The translations under genes and the position numbers were made by a program. Positions 1-11,664 of a stretch of DNA of 63,106 bases are shown here, piece by piece. Where the stretch lies: contig JAANOX010000281.1 of assembly GCA_020184695.1 (NCBI GenBank), forward strand, positions 1 through 63,106, read 5' to 3'. The notes beneath the pieces are model-generated. The model was given only the letters and a program-made list of their open reading frames with translations. It was not told where the DNA came from and did not search any database. The stretch is from Histomonas meleagridis 2922-C6/04-290x. Its lineage: Eukaryota > Protista > Parabasalia. Within the stretch, counting starts at the first letter, position 1. Every line of letters starts with the position of its first letter.

Positions 1-70
1 AGAGCCGTTCCGAATCTTAAGATTCTTTTATTTTTTGATTTATAAAATTTATTTTTTTATTTTATATAAA

Positions 71-634
71 ATGAGCTGGATCGAATGTGTTGTAGATACT
101 GATTATGAAATTTTTACAGAGTTTCCATATAATGTCAGAAGAAAATCTAATAAAAGAAAGTGCAGTGAATGGATAAATCATGACGGATATTATGAATTAA
201 AATTAAATGGAACACCGTTCAGAAAACATAAAATTATTGCGTTACAGTTTATAAAAAATGAAAATCAAGAAATTAATACTGTTATAGATCATATTGATAA
301 GAATAAAACAAATAATCACATTTCAAATCTCCGATGGGTATCTCAAGCTGAAAATAACAGAAATAAATCAACATTTAATAAATATGAATATGAATATGTA
401 GAAAATATAAGTGATAATTGCATTATTGTTGACATTTACAATAAATCTATTTTAGAAAATTATTATTTTGATGAAAAACTTGATGTTTTCTATTATTTTA
501 ATGGAGTCGCATATAGAAAATTAAAAATCAATTATACTAAATACAATAAAGCTTTTGTTAGTGCAATTGATACAAACAATAAGAAAATAAAAATATATTA
601 TTCATCATTTAAAAAACAATATGATCTATTATAA
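71..634 (+). CDS. HNH endonuclease (HNH_3-type), Maverick-associated
   Basis: Motif IDHIDKNKTNNHISNLRWVS; first ATG at 71 (MSWIECV); paralog of 2272-2829. Confidence 0.85.
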   Translation: MSWIECVVDTDYEIFTEFPYNVRRKSNKRKCSEWINHDGYYELKLNGTPFRKHKIIALQFIKNENQEINTVIDHIDKNKTNNHISNLRWVSQAENNRNKSTFNKYEYEYVENISDNCIIVDIYNKSILENYYFDEKLDVFYYFNGVAYRKLKINYTKYNKAFVSAIDTNNKKIKIYYSSFKKQYDLL

Positions 635-638
635 ATAA

Positions 639-1542
639 TTATTTTTTTACTTGAGCTTTATCCGCAATTATTACTCTTCTAGCTTTTATATGAATACTGA
701 AGGTTGCGTGTGGACTTTGAAGCTTAGAATAAACTAACCATAAATTATTAACGTCAAATATTGATGCTGGACTTTCTTTTATTAAATCGTAAAAATCATC
801 TTTTGAAATTCCATTAAATAATACAATATCTGACAAAGTTCTTTTTATATCTTTTGGTATACTTTTTGTTGTTTGCACACAAATGATAACGTTAATATTA
901 AAGTGTCTGAGTTTTTTCAATAATCTTGACATCTCCGTTTCTTTACTTCTCAGTAAAGGATGATTAGCAAAATCATCTAATATCAACAAACATCTATGCG
1001 GATAAGTTTTCCATTGATATTTCGCTAACTTTTCAGAAATGTATTTTAATTTCTTCTTTGAGTTATTCAAATTATATTTCATAAATAATCTTTCTACTTC
1101 TTCATCCGTTTTCTTAAAATCAGAATTGATATATTTAATGATAGAATTATATTTTAAAATTTCTCTGAGTATATTTATTAATCCAGTCTAACAAATCAGT
1201 ATCTTTTATCGCAACAAGTTTCGTTTTCTTTATTGCTTCCTTATATGTATTTACTGTTTCATCAAATTTTGAGGATGTACTACAAATAGTTATTAGTTCA
1301 AAAAACGGTTCGTTAAATAATACTTCTTGTTTCGCTCCGAGTTTAACGTAAAGATATGATTTGCCTGAACCCATCGGCGCTATAAAAGCTGTTATTCCGT
1401 TTTGAGCAAATAAGAATTTTTCATGTATTGGTTTTATCTTTGCATTCTCTAAAATTTCTTTGTTTTGTTTTTCTAATTTATCAAACAATTCTTCTATCTC
1501 ATCAAATTTTTTATCTATATTCTCCGAATTATTTTTTCGCAT
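639..1542 (-). pseudogene. Maverick/Polinton packaging ATPase (A32-like), split by a single +1 frameshift near 1160
   Basis: Walker A APMGSGKS in the 1147-1542 ORF and Walker B LLILDD plus ICVQ in the 639-1082 ORF. Removing one base in AGAAATTTT joins them into TQRILKYNSIIKY...LFMKYN. Confidence 0.8.
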
Positions 1543-1582
1543 TATTTTTTATTTATAAAAATAAATTTTTTACCGTTAATAA

Positions 1583-2078
1583 ATGGATTCATTCCAAGAT
1601 TATTTAATATCAGAATATAAAATTAAGTCGCAAGACAAGTCTTGCTCCGGCAAGACGCCTTACGCCGCCGTTGAGTTCAAATATAATCATAATACAACAG
1701 TGAAGATAGATAAACCAACAAATAAACCTATACTTCATAATAATATTCTTGTCGGCGTTAAATTTTATGATAAGAATTTAAAACTTCTTGAATCAGTAAA
1801 TTTAAAGTTTACCGATAACATTCTTACTAAAAACAAATGAAAAGAAACTTGTAAATATTGCTCCTGCAGAATTAAATAATAGATTTATGAAAGCCAGAAA
1901 TGATATTGTCAAGAAGATCACAAACGAACTTGTTGAGAAACGAGAAGAAATCGATAATAGAATTATATCATTAAATGCTTACGTTGGAAATGAGAGTATA
2001 GCGATTTCAAAAGAGTTTGAAGGAGAAAAAATAACTTTTCCGGAAAATACAAACAATAAGAAATCGTTTGATATGTGA
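1583..2078 (+). CDS. Hypothetical Maverick protein, split by a +1 frameshift near 1830
   Basis: ORFs 1583-1840 and 1887-2078 join if one A is removed from the run at 1829-1833; the downstream frame is open from 1806. Confidence 0.5.
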
Positions 2079-2130
2079 CTTTGTCGCAGTTTGCCATCGG
2101 CAAATGTAAATCATGTAATTTATTTTTATC

Positions 2131-2230
2131 AAAAAGTACCTTTTAAAATTGAAAGGTGAAAATGTCACCCAAAAAATTCACCCTCAACGAATCGGAGTAA
2201 ATTAGCATTTTTTGAAGGATTTAACGTAAA
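2131..2230 (-). repeat. Inverted ~100-bp copy of the 174-bp terminal repeat unit
   Basis: Reverse complement matches 2884-2984 (TTAAATCCTTCAAAAAA...GAGGGTGAATTTT...GGTGACATTTTCACCTTTCAATTTTAAA). Confidence 0.9.
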
Positions 2231-2271
2231 TTGAAAATGACAAAAAATAATAAATTATTTAAAAACTAATT

Positions 2272-2829
2272 TTATAATAATCCGTAAAGTTTTTTGAACT
2301 TTGATAATAAAACTTTAACTTGTTTATGTTCAACATCATACATTATAACAAAAGCATAACTTTTTTTATTATAGCAAACATTCAATTTTCTAAACTGCAA
2401 ACCGTTCCAGAAATAAAACGCATCTGTTTCATCATCATAATAATAATCCTCTAACTGATGACCCGCATACTCTCTAACTTCCATTGAATCTTCATTTATT
2501 TCATCATAAAATTCATAATTATTCCCAAAATGTGATGACTTATTCTTTAAATTTTCTGACTGATAAACCCATCGAAGATTATTAATTGAATTATTGGTAC
2601 GGTTGTGATCTATGTGGTCGATAAATGGCTTGTTTTCTGGATTTGGAATAAATTGTAACGCTATTATTCTGTGTTTGAGATATATTTTTCCGTTTAAACA
2701 ACATCGAATATATCCGTTATTTTTTAATGATTCTTTAACAATTCTTTTATTGCTTTTTCTTCTTATTTGATTCGGAAATTCTGTGAAAATTTCGTAATCG
2801 CAATCGCAAACACAATTAATCCAACTCAT
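2272..2829 (-). CDS. HNH endonuclease (HNH_3-type), second paralog
   Basis: Motif IDHIDHNRTNNSINNLRWVY; ATG at 2829 (MSWINCV); aligns end-to-end with 71-634. Confidence 0.85.
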   Translation of the reverse strand: MSWINCVCDCDYEIFTEFPNQIRRKSNKRIVKESLKNNGYIRCCLNGKIYLKHRIIALQFIPNPENKPFIDHIDHNRTNNSINNLRWVYQSENLKNKSSHFGNNYEFYDEINEDSMEVREYAGHQLEDYYYDDETDAFYFWNGLQFRKLNVCYNKKSYAFVIMYDVEHKQVKVLLSKFKKLYGLL

Positions 2830-2883
2830 ATTTTTATACAAATTAAAAAAATAAATTTTTTAAAAAATAAACTTAATTTTTCC

Positions 2884-3725
2884 TTTTGCGTTAAATCCTT
2901 CAAAAAACGCTTATTTACTCCGTTTCGTTGAGGGTGAATTTTTCAGGTGACATTTTCACCTTTCAATTTTAAACAGTACTTTTTACATCAAAACACAACT
3001 TTCGACATAGAATTTACAACAAAACACTAAATTCTTACCGATAAATCAACCGTCAACTTTTGCGTTAAAGCCTTCAAAAAACGCTTATTTACTCCGATTC
3101 GTTGAGGGTGAATTTTTCAGGTGACATTTTCACCTTTCAATTTTAAACAGTACTTTTTACATCAAAACACAACTTTCGACATAGAATTTACAACAAAACA
3201 CTAAATTCTTACCGATAAATCAACCGTCAACTTTTGCGTTAAAGCCTTCAATAAATGCTAATTTACTCCGATTCGTTGAGGGTGAATTTTTTGGGTGACA
3301 TTTTCACCTTTCAATTTTAAACAGTACTTTTTACATCAAAACACAACATTCGACATAGAATTTACAACTCATCCGTTATAGTTAGCAGCTCCCGTAAACT
3401 CACGATTTTCACGTCATTTCACAAGATTTGAGAAACTCACATAACAATATTAAATTTCCTTTAGCTAATCGCAATATTACCTGGTAACTACCTGGTATAT
3501 CAAGTTATCAGGTAGCATAGAATTAACAACATTCGACATAGAATTTACAACAAAACACTAAATTCTTACCGATAAATCAACCGTCAACTTTTGCGTTAAA
3601 GCCTTCAATAAATGCTCATTTTCTCCGTTTCGTTGAGGGTGAATTTTTCAGGTGACATTTTCACCTTTCAATTTTAAACAGTACTTTTTACAACAAAATA
3701 CTAAAATCCACATAGAATTTACAAC
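2884..3725 (+). repeat. 174-bp tandem repeat array (about 4 units, third interrupted)
   Basis: Units start at 2884, 3058, 3232 and ~3589; most units carry the hairpin AGGTGA-CATTT-TCACCT. Confidence 0.9.
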
Positions 3726-4454
3726 TTTCCACATAGGATTAACAACAACTCAGCCGGACTAACGCATCACACATTTTAAATATAAATGTCATCATGAATT
3801 TAAATATATTTTATTACTTTCAATCAAAACCAACCGATTTATGAAAATCAATCGCGTTTACACCGTTCATCCTTTAGTTTATGTAGCGCGAGTGGGAGCG
3901 AGTGCGTAGCACGAAGCTCACATAGCGCAGTGTGTGTGTGTGTCTTTTCGAGCAAAGCTCAAAAAGTGTCTCCGCCATCTAACTAATATTTTTTACAAAA
4001 TTATTGTGAAAATAATTGATTTAATGTTAATATTAATTAATGATATAATTTACATGTCTATTTTATTAACTTCGAGAAAACAATAATTAATAAGATGATA
4101 TTTTGTATTTGGAAAACATAAATATTCTAACTAAAAATTACTCACAAAATCAAAAATAATGACAACAAAATATCATAAATGATTCGATGATTGAAGTTAA
4201 TATCTAAAAAATAATTCATATTAATATCACTCGAGCAAGAAGGAAAAGCCAAAAATAAATAATCAATTTTTCTAATTTTTTGATTCTCTCTTAAAATCTG
4301 AATATAATATTACAAAATATAATTAAATAGCTATTGTCATAATAAATGTATTTATAAATTTTGAAAAATATTGTTTATTAAAGAAGATATTTTTGTTTTA
4401 TTTTGAGGTTCAATCACTTTTTCTTTAAAATGGTTAAACCCATTTTATAATAAA

Positions 4455-4600
4455 AATAGAACATAACCTTAATATCAACTGCTTATGTTCAAGAAGTAAT
4501 TTAACTATTTCTGAATTACCATTATTAGATGCTTTCATAAGTGATGTGTTCAATGCTTTGAATAATTTCCAAATATAATTCTGATACATAACATTAATCA
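4455..4600 (-). pseudogene. Isolated relic ankyrin unit
   Basis: Minus strand reads GGA-[17 nt]-AAC-TSLMKASNNGNSEIVKLLLEH, then frameshifts. Confidence 0.65.
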
Positions 4601-4994
4601 CCCACTTTCGATCATGATCTGTATTTTTAAAAGGTCAAGTTTCTGTAAGGAATAATATAAATAATGTAAGAAGAAATGTTAATCCATATATAGAGATTAA
4701 AATCAAAGTTTAATATGATTATTTTGTTATTAGATCAAAAAGGATAATGATCATCATCAATGATGTCATCAATCAACGGGAAAATCATTGTTCATCTATA
4801 TAATTGATATATAATAGGAATATAATTATTATACTATTAAAATCAAAATAATTATTATTTATATTATCATAAAAAAATGATTTGTAGGAAAATTATATAA
4901 TATTCAAATTAAATAATATCCAAATTTAACAAAAAAATGAAAATCTTATTTAAAGGTGCATTCAACTAAATTGAATATATAACGATTATTTGTT

Positions 4995-5662
4995 AAATGC
5001 ATAAACGGTCGCCTAGGAATTTTTTCTCAAGAAATCTCGAGGTTGAATGTAATACTTACAATTAAAAATAAATATTATTTCTATGTAATGATGTACTTAT
5101 TGTTTATTGAAAAATTAAGATTTTTGATAAAATATGACAGATAATTAAATTTTATATTAAAATAAAATGAAAAAATTGTTCTATTACATTTTTATAAATT
5201 TTCCTTATATGGTCCTGAAAAAGAAGAAATTGAAGAAGAAGAAGAAAAGGAAGAAAATTAAGAAAAATGATGAATAAATCATCATGAATGCAAAATTCAA
5301 TACTGAAATTAATATGCCAAATTCCATTTAATAATGTGATAATATATTTTATGAAACAAATTTAGAATCCAAGAAAATAAGAGAGAAAAAACAAACCCCG
5401 CATTATTGAAAGATTCTGATTTTTGGATTTAAAATGAATAGAACTTTAGAATTTGTAAAAATGTAATAGAACGATTTTTTTCATCTTATTTTAATATAAA
5501 ATTTAATTATCTGTCATATTTTATCAAAAATCTTAATATTTCAATAAATAAATAGGACATCATTAGGTAGAGATATTGTTTATTTTTAATTGTAAGTATT
5601 ACATTCAACCACCGGGATTTCTTGGAAAAAAATAAATTTTCGGGGAGACTGTTTATACTGCA
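4995..5662. repeat. Degenerate ~200-bp inverted repeats (foldback/MITE-like)
   Basis: ~4995-5200 is the reverse complement of ~5450-5662 (e.g. GGTTGAATGTAATACTTACAATTAAAAATAAA vs TTTATTTTTAATTGTAAGTATTACATTCAACC). Confidence 0.8.
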
Positions 5663-6039
5663 CCTAATGATGTAAGCACTTAAAAACAGAGAATAATAAG
5701 ATAAGAAAAAAAATATGAGAAGAGAAAATGATCTGTAAATTGATTTAATCTTAATATTAATTCATAATGTAATTCACATGACAATTTGTATTAACTTCGA
5801 GAAAACAATAATTAAGAAAATATCATATTGAATTTAAAAAACATTAATATTTCAACTACAGATTACGCACAAAATCATAGAAATGATTGAAGTTAATATC
5901 TAAAAAATAACTTAGATCAATATCCTATAAACAACAAGAAGAAAAGGCTCTAATTTATAAATAATCAATTTTTCGAATTTTTTTTCTCTCTTTAAATTCT
6001 GAATATAATATTACAATATAAAATTAAATAGCTATTCAT

Positions 6040-7230
6040 GGTTCATTATTCAAAATATTTTGGACAGCACTTATATCTGCATCTTCGAATGGTCATACAG
6101 AAATAGTTAAATTACTTCTTGAACAAGAAGGAATTGATATTAATGCTAAAGATATTTATTTGTTTATTTTAATATTTATTTCAATGATTTGATAATTTAA
6201 TATAATATTTGGAAATTTTTCAAATTATTTTGGACAGCACTTATGAATGCATCACAAAACGGTCATATAGAAATAGTTAAATTGCTTCTTGAACAAAATG
6301 GTATTGATGTTAATGATATAAATATTTGTTAAAGTGATTTAATATTATTCATTATAATTTGGCGTTATAATTTTATATATAGTAATTTTTCTAATTACTT
6401 TCAACAGCACTTATTATAGCCACATATCATGATCAATTAGATATAGTTAAAATATTACTTAAACAAGAAGGAATTGATGTCAATGCTAAAGATATATATA
6501 TATTTAATTCGATATTTATTTAAAAGTTTTTATATTTTATATAAATATTTGGATATTTTTTCAAATATTTTACACAGCATTAACACAAGCAATTGTAGAT
6601 GGCTACCCCAAGATTTTCGAAGAACTAGTTCAACATGAAGGTATTGATATTAATGTAATAGATATTATTTTAATATAATTGATATTAATTTCTGTTTACA
6701 TCGTGTTTTAAAAATAAATTAGTATGGAATTTAATAAAAATATTTTATACCCTTTTTGATGCATGCAATATGTTACAACAGAACGCATTACGTTAAAAAT
6801 ACTTATTGAACACAAAGATATTGATATCAATATCAAAGGAATATATTTGTAATATTTTATAAATTTGTGTAAATTTTTAGGAATATATTAAAAATTCATT
6901 AAAACAGCACTTATTTTTGGCTTCAGAAATTGTTAAGTTACTTCTTGAACAAGAAGGAATAAATATTAATGCTAAAGATATTTATAAATTTTATAAAATA
7001 CTTATTATAATAATTTGTCGTTTTAAAATAATATTTGGAAATTATTTAAATTATTTGAAACAGCACTTATAATGGCATCCAAAAAAGGTTACACATTTAT
7101 AGTTAAATTACTTCTTGAACAAAAAGGTATTGATATTAATGCTAAAGATATTTATTTGTTTTATTTAATATTCATTATAATAATTTAATATTTTAAATTA
7201 ACATTTGGAAACTATTTATATATTTTCATT
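6040..7230 (+). pseudogene. Ankyrin cassette array (locus D) lacking the N-terminal DUF3447 part; duplicate of part of locus B
   Basis: About 7 TALxxAS..G..EIVKLLLEQ.GIDINAKD units separated by 17+3 patterned spacers; homologous in inverted orientation to 54940-56680. Confidence 0.75.
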
Positions 7231-7527
7231 CGTAATCAAAACTACAGACGCATATTCCCATTAGGCATCATTTTTATTTCACTATTGTCAAAAATAAGTA
7301 AAACCAAAAATAATACTAAAAATTAAATACTTAATGTTTGTGTAAAGAAAAATATATGTGACGAATGTTCTAAAGTTACATAAGATGAAAAACATTTCGA
7401 TATATGATTACTTTAAGAGGAAAATTGGATGAAGACATATTTGTGTTATTAACAATATTTAATACAAAATAACAGTGTTAGCATCGGCTTTCGTTCATCA
7501 TTGTTATATTTAACCCATCAAATGTAT

Positions 7528-7934
7528 CACTTTGGTATATTATAACATAATCCTTAAAATGTTTCACTTTGGTATATTATAACATAACCCTTAAAATGTT
7601 TCACTTTGGTATATTACAACATGATCCTTAAAATGTTTCACTTTGGTATATTATAACATAATCCTTAAAATGTTTCACTTTGGTATATTATAACATAATC
7701 CTTAAAATGTTTCAATTTGGTATATTATAACATAATCCTTAAAATGTTTCAATTTGGTATATTATAACATAATCCTTAAAATGTTTCACTTTGGTATATT
7801 ATAACATAACCCTTAAAATGTTTCACTTTGGTATATTACAACATGATCCTTAAAATGTTTCACTTTGGTATATTATAACATAATCCTTAAAATGTTTCAC
7901 TTTGGCATATTACAACATAATCCTTAAAATGTTT
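7528..7934 (+). repeat. 37-bp minisatellite, 11 units
   Basis: Unit CACTTTGGTATATTATAACATAATCCTTAAAATGTTT at 7528, 7565, 7602 ... 7898. Confidence 0.95.
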
Positions 7935-8030
7935 CACCATTTAAACAAATTTGCGTCTAATTAAATAGTTTATCGTTTTGAAAAAAACTAAAAACGAAAA
8001 TACAAAGGAAGGATAGTTTTATTATCGCAT

Positions 8031-8846
8031 CTATTGGGCTTTATCAGAACGATTATCATGGATTGAAGAACCTTTAAGCACTTCAACGACATTTCCAAAG
8101 ATCTTTATTTCCCAAATAATATGAAGGCCATAAAGAATTAAAAGTACATATGCAGTTATGTGATATAAAACAGCATGAGTTTGAGCAACAAAAGCTGCTT
8201 TGATTGCGTTCTTGATCATGTTGGGGAAGTTGATGATTCTGAAAAATGTACATGAGATGGCAAATATTACAAGAGAAATGTCCTTTGGTGTCTTGAACCC
8301 AAGGTATAAAAGGATTTTACCAACATATAATGGAACATCAACAATATCATGAAGTAACATAATAAGAATTCCTGTGATTGGGCAATCAAGGTAAACGCAT
8401 GAAAAGATCATGAATAATGTTACAATGTGGTGAACAATCATCATGTATTTTTCTGAGGCAGTGTGAATAAAGAAGAAATCAGCAATATAATAGCAAGCAA
8501 ACATCATGAAGTAAATCTTTTCAAGAACAGACATAGGATATCCGCCAACCTTTTGAGAAAATGCTTCGACGCAATCAGCTGCCCAGAAAATGCAATGAAA
8601 ATATGGTCTTCTTGAAAGTGCTGCAAAACCTAAGAGAGCAGATGAAACATAATGGATCATATCAAATGAGCGATGCGTAAACTTGAAGTTATTTTTAACT
8701 CCAAGGGATTTGCCGATCTTATTCAATACAAAATTACACATTATCAATCGATATATTAGGTAAACAGCTGAACCAATGACAAGAGTAGGGAGATCTTTTA
8801 TGGATAGATAGGTCATCCTATCAAGCTGATTGAACAAGGCCGACAT
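8031..8846 (-). CDS. TLC-domain / LAG1-type ceramide synthase (longevity-assurance family)
   Basis: Lag1 motif MIVHHIVT...ILIMLLHDIVDVPLYVGK; multiple TM segments; ATG at 8846 (MSALF). Confidence 0.85.
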   Translation of the reverse strand: MSALFNQLDRMTYLSIKDLPTLVIGSAVYLIYRLIMCNFVLNKIGKSLGVKNNFKFTHRSFDMIHYVSSALLGFAALSRRPYFHCIFWAADCVEAFSQKVGGYPMSVLEKIYFMMFACYYIADFFFIHTASEKYMMIVHHIVTLFMIFSCVYLDCPITGILIMLLHDIVDVPLYVGKILLYLGFKTPKDISLVIFAISCTFFRIINFPNMIKNAIKAAFVAQTHAVLYHITAYVLLILYGLHIIWEIKIFGNVVEVLKGSSIHDNRSDKAQ

Positions 8847-9267
8847 TAAAAAAAGTAAAATGAACAAAGCAGTTTATATTGAAAAAGTTGTTTTTTTGAA
8901 TAAAATTAGAATGGTCGATGGTAACACACATATAAAAAGTGGAAATCATTGTTTCAAATGCGTTGATAGTAAAATATAAACCATACAATCGCATTGATTT
9001 ATGAAGTATTTGTATATAAAAATGATCGTAATATATTCAAATATTTCTCGGAATACACAGAAAAATAAACCGGTGCCGCCGTTTTATAAAACTCAATCTT
9101 CCAAATTGAAATTCGAAAATAATGATATCCAACTCTAGAAATTAGTAAACAAATCACACTTGAATGTGACTTGTGGGAATAAACGGGAAATTTTAAGGAG
9201 GTCGAAATATTTTTATTTTTATTTATAATATATATTATAGTTAGATACAGTTTAGTATAAATATTAA

Positions 9268-11265
9268 TTATTCACAAGGAATCCTTAAATTCATCATTCT
9301 TGAAAAATCTGAGAACATTTTTTCATCTTCTGCTATTAGCTTTAAAAACGACAAAATAAATGCATCCCATCTTTCTATGAATTGCTTCGAGCATATGTGT
9401 TTAAATCTATCATCATTATAAGCAATGACATTAAAGAAAAGCAAAGTTTTCAAAATCCAATTACCATCACATGTGATTATCGAAATCTGAGCTATTTTTT
9501 CGATACTTTCTTTCGGATTTCGTAATCGAAATGCTTTTGAAATTTTTTCAATTTCTTCGATATAAGAAACCAAAACCATAAATCGTTTTAAAAACGAGGA
9601 ATTACAATCAACTAATGTTAGCATACAACTTGCTTCCCAAATCGCATGATTCATTACTGTTGACTTTAAAACTTGACGAGGTTTCATTGTTTCAAGAAAA
9701 TTAGAAAACATTTTTTCGAGTTGTTTTATGTTTAAGCTTGAGATTATTCCGGGTTCAATGGAATCAAATGCTTTAATTGCATACCAAAACTTAATCTCGC
9801 CAAAAGAAGGAAGATTTGCTAGGTCGGGCCAAATCTTCTTCTCTTTAAAGCGAATTTCTATGAATGCAGATTTCATTGAAACAAGATTTAAATAACTATC
9901 AGATATTGATTGCAAGTTTTTTAAACATTTCTCTTTGTATTTTATCGTTAAATATTGCTCAAAATATTCTGCTCGTGAGGTTTGCTTTTGTAAACGTTTT
10001 TCTTTCACATATTGTAAAAATTGATTAATATCAATTGACTTTGGTAATGTATATTTTTGTTGTTCAACGAATTCATATGGATTCACCATTTTAACTCTTG
10101 CTTGTTTCTTGATTAATTTCCAAAGATTAAAATAGTCAAAATTAGATAATAATTGTGTGTCACTTTTCGGAAAGTCGGTGGGATCGTAAAACAAATTTGG
10201 ATAGTTTACATTAAATTGGGTCGGTGTGGCTTGGAAGACCCTAATTAGAAATGGCTTTTGTTGATTTACAGTTTTTATGTTCATAATCGCGTTCGTAATA
10301 ATTGGTGAAAAATTAAGGTTCAGAGAAATAATATCTAAAATTTCAACAAATCTGAAAATAAATATATTTGTTGGTGTCAATGATTTTGGAAGATAATAAA
10401 TGGAGTTCATTAAAGGAATGGTACTGATGTTCTCTGCGGGGAAGGTAGAAGATCGCAATAGTTCGATTATTAATTTTAAATCATATTGAATTTTGGTACT
10501 GTTGAAAAGAGGCGATATTTGAGAATGATAAATAAGGTGTGGAACTACTAGTAATTCTGTTAGTATGTAAGAGCTGATTTTAGAAGGAAAGTGATTGCAT
10601 AATAATTTCAACATGCTAAGATGTGCAGCTGGCAAATAACAAAGTGCATCAATTGCAACACTCTGAATTTTTTTAATTAATGAATTGTTGTCTATTTTCT
10701 TTAAAAATGATTCCATAAAAACTTTTTTAAATAAGTAATCCGAAAATGCTGAAACTGTTGGCGCAAAGAAAAAAGGTTTTAAAAAGATAGCAAATTGTTT
10801 AAAGGGACATTCAACCATTAATGATCCGTAAAATACAAAAGCATTACTAAGAGATTCTTCTGTTGAAAAATAAGAAAAAATTGCTGGAATAATTATCGTA
10901 GCAAAATACTCAATATCTTGGAAATTTGGAACAGCTGCAATTGCTTTTGCAAGTGTAGATAAATTCGAAATAATATGCTGAAGGAAAATAGAAATGTATT
11001 GTGATATTTGTGGTAAAAATAAATCTAATGATTCTACAGGACGAATTTCTGCAGATACAACAAAGTCATTTTCAATTAATCTTTTTGGACGTTTCGGATC
11101 AAAATTTGTAAAAAATAATGTATAAATTTGTCTATTTTTTGTAATGAGTTCGACAACAGACTTCGAAACCTTATTGCTTGTTTCCCTTTCAAGCAATTTC
11201 ATCTTTTTAAAATTAAAGTTTTCAAATGCACAAATCTTATTTTTCATTTTTTCGAAGGTTGTCAA
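9268..11265 (-). CDS. Hypothetical protein (~660 aa)
   Basis: Long open frame; no motif recognised; start uncertain (TTG 11265 or ATG 11247). Confidence 0.7.
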   Translation of the reverse strand: MTTFEKMKNKICAFENFNFKKMKLLERETSNKVSKSVVELITKNRQIYTLFFTNFDPKRPKRLIENDFVVSAEIRPVESLDLFLPQISQYISIFLQHIISNLSTLAKAIAAVPNFQDIEYFATIIIPAIFSYFSTEESLSNAFVFYGSLMVECPFKQFAIFLKPFFFAPTVSAFSDYLFKKVFMESFLKKIDNNSLIKKIQSVAIDALCYLPAAHLSMLKLLCNHFPSKISSYILTELLVVPHLIYHSQISPLFNSTKIQYDLKLIIELLRSSTFPAENISTIPLMNSIYYLPKSLTPTNIFIFRFVEILDIISLNLNFSPIITNAIMNIKTVNQQKPFLIRVFQATPTQFNVNYPNLFYDPTDFPKSDTQLLSNFDYFNLWKLIKKQARVKMVNPYEFVEQQKYTLPKSIDINQFLQYVKEKRLQKQTSRAEYFEQYLTIKYKEKCLKNLQSISDSYLNLVSMKSAFIEIRFKEKKIWPDLANLPSFGEIKFWYAIKAFDSIEPGIISSLNIKQLEKMFSNFLETMKPRQVLKSTVMNHAIWEASCMLTLVDCNSSFLKRFMVLVSYIEEIEKISKAFRLRNPKESIEKIAQISIITCDGNWILKTLLFFNVIAYNDDRFKHICSKQFIERWDAFILSFLKLIAEDEKMFSDFSRMMNLRIPCE

Positions 11266-11664
11266 CCATATTAACGTATTTTTCAGTGATAAAAAAGTGC
11301 TTTTTAGCGACTAACTGTTAATCGCTGGTATCATTTGTGAAGTTGACTCCCAGTTACTAGCGGCTGATTCGAGTTTTTTGTTGTAACCCACTTTGGTACC
11401 TACTAACAATGGTTTAGAATTGTCCAAAACCAAAAATCAAATAAAAAATTGTTAGTCAAAAAAATTTAAAATCATATTTTTCATTTAAAAATCATTCAAT
11501 ATATAGGAGCATAATATATAAAATATTTGTAATCCTTGAGTCTTAGAATATATTTGATATGGAATAAAAAAAATTGCATTTATTAGATAATTTTTAAAAG
11601 TTTAATTCGTTTTCTGTTTTCAACATCTCATGCAAGAGAATCTCAAAAAATTACATTGTAAGTA

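Larger units (their letters stand above)
1..3984. mobile_element. Terminal portion of a Maverick/Polinton-like element (packaging ATPase, two HNH genes, terminal repeat region)
   Basis: A32/FtsK-like ATPase and HNH genes are typical parabasalid Maverick cargo. The 174-bp tandem repeats and the GC-rich hairpin-rich segment at 3885-3984 end in ...CATCTAACT (5'-AG on the minus strand, as in Polinton termini). The exact end is inferred and the other TIR is not in the window. Confidence 0.7.
4014..6036. repeat. Pair of degenerate ~300-bp direct repeats (4014-4335 and 5738-6036)
   Basis: Shared runs such as AATTGATTTAAT.TTAATATTAATT, TTAACTTCGAGAAAACAATAATTAA and AATTAAATAGCTATT. Confidence 0.75.

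Noticed and set aside
1150-1165. -1 programmed frameshift at A AAT TTT in the ATPase
   Set aside because: The -1 frame hits TAA immediately; the downstream half needs +1.
7528-7934. CRISPR array
   Set aside because: Head-to-tail 37-bp repeats without unique spacers, in a eukaryotic context with no cas genes.
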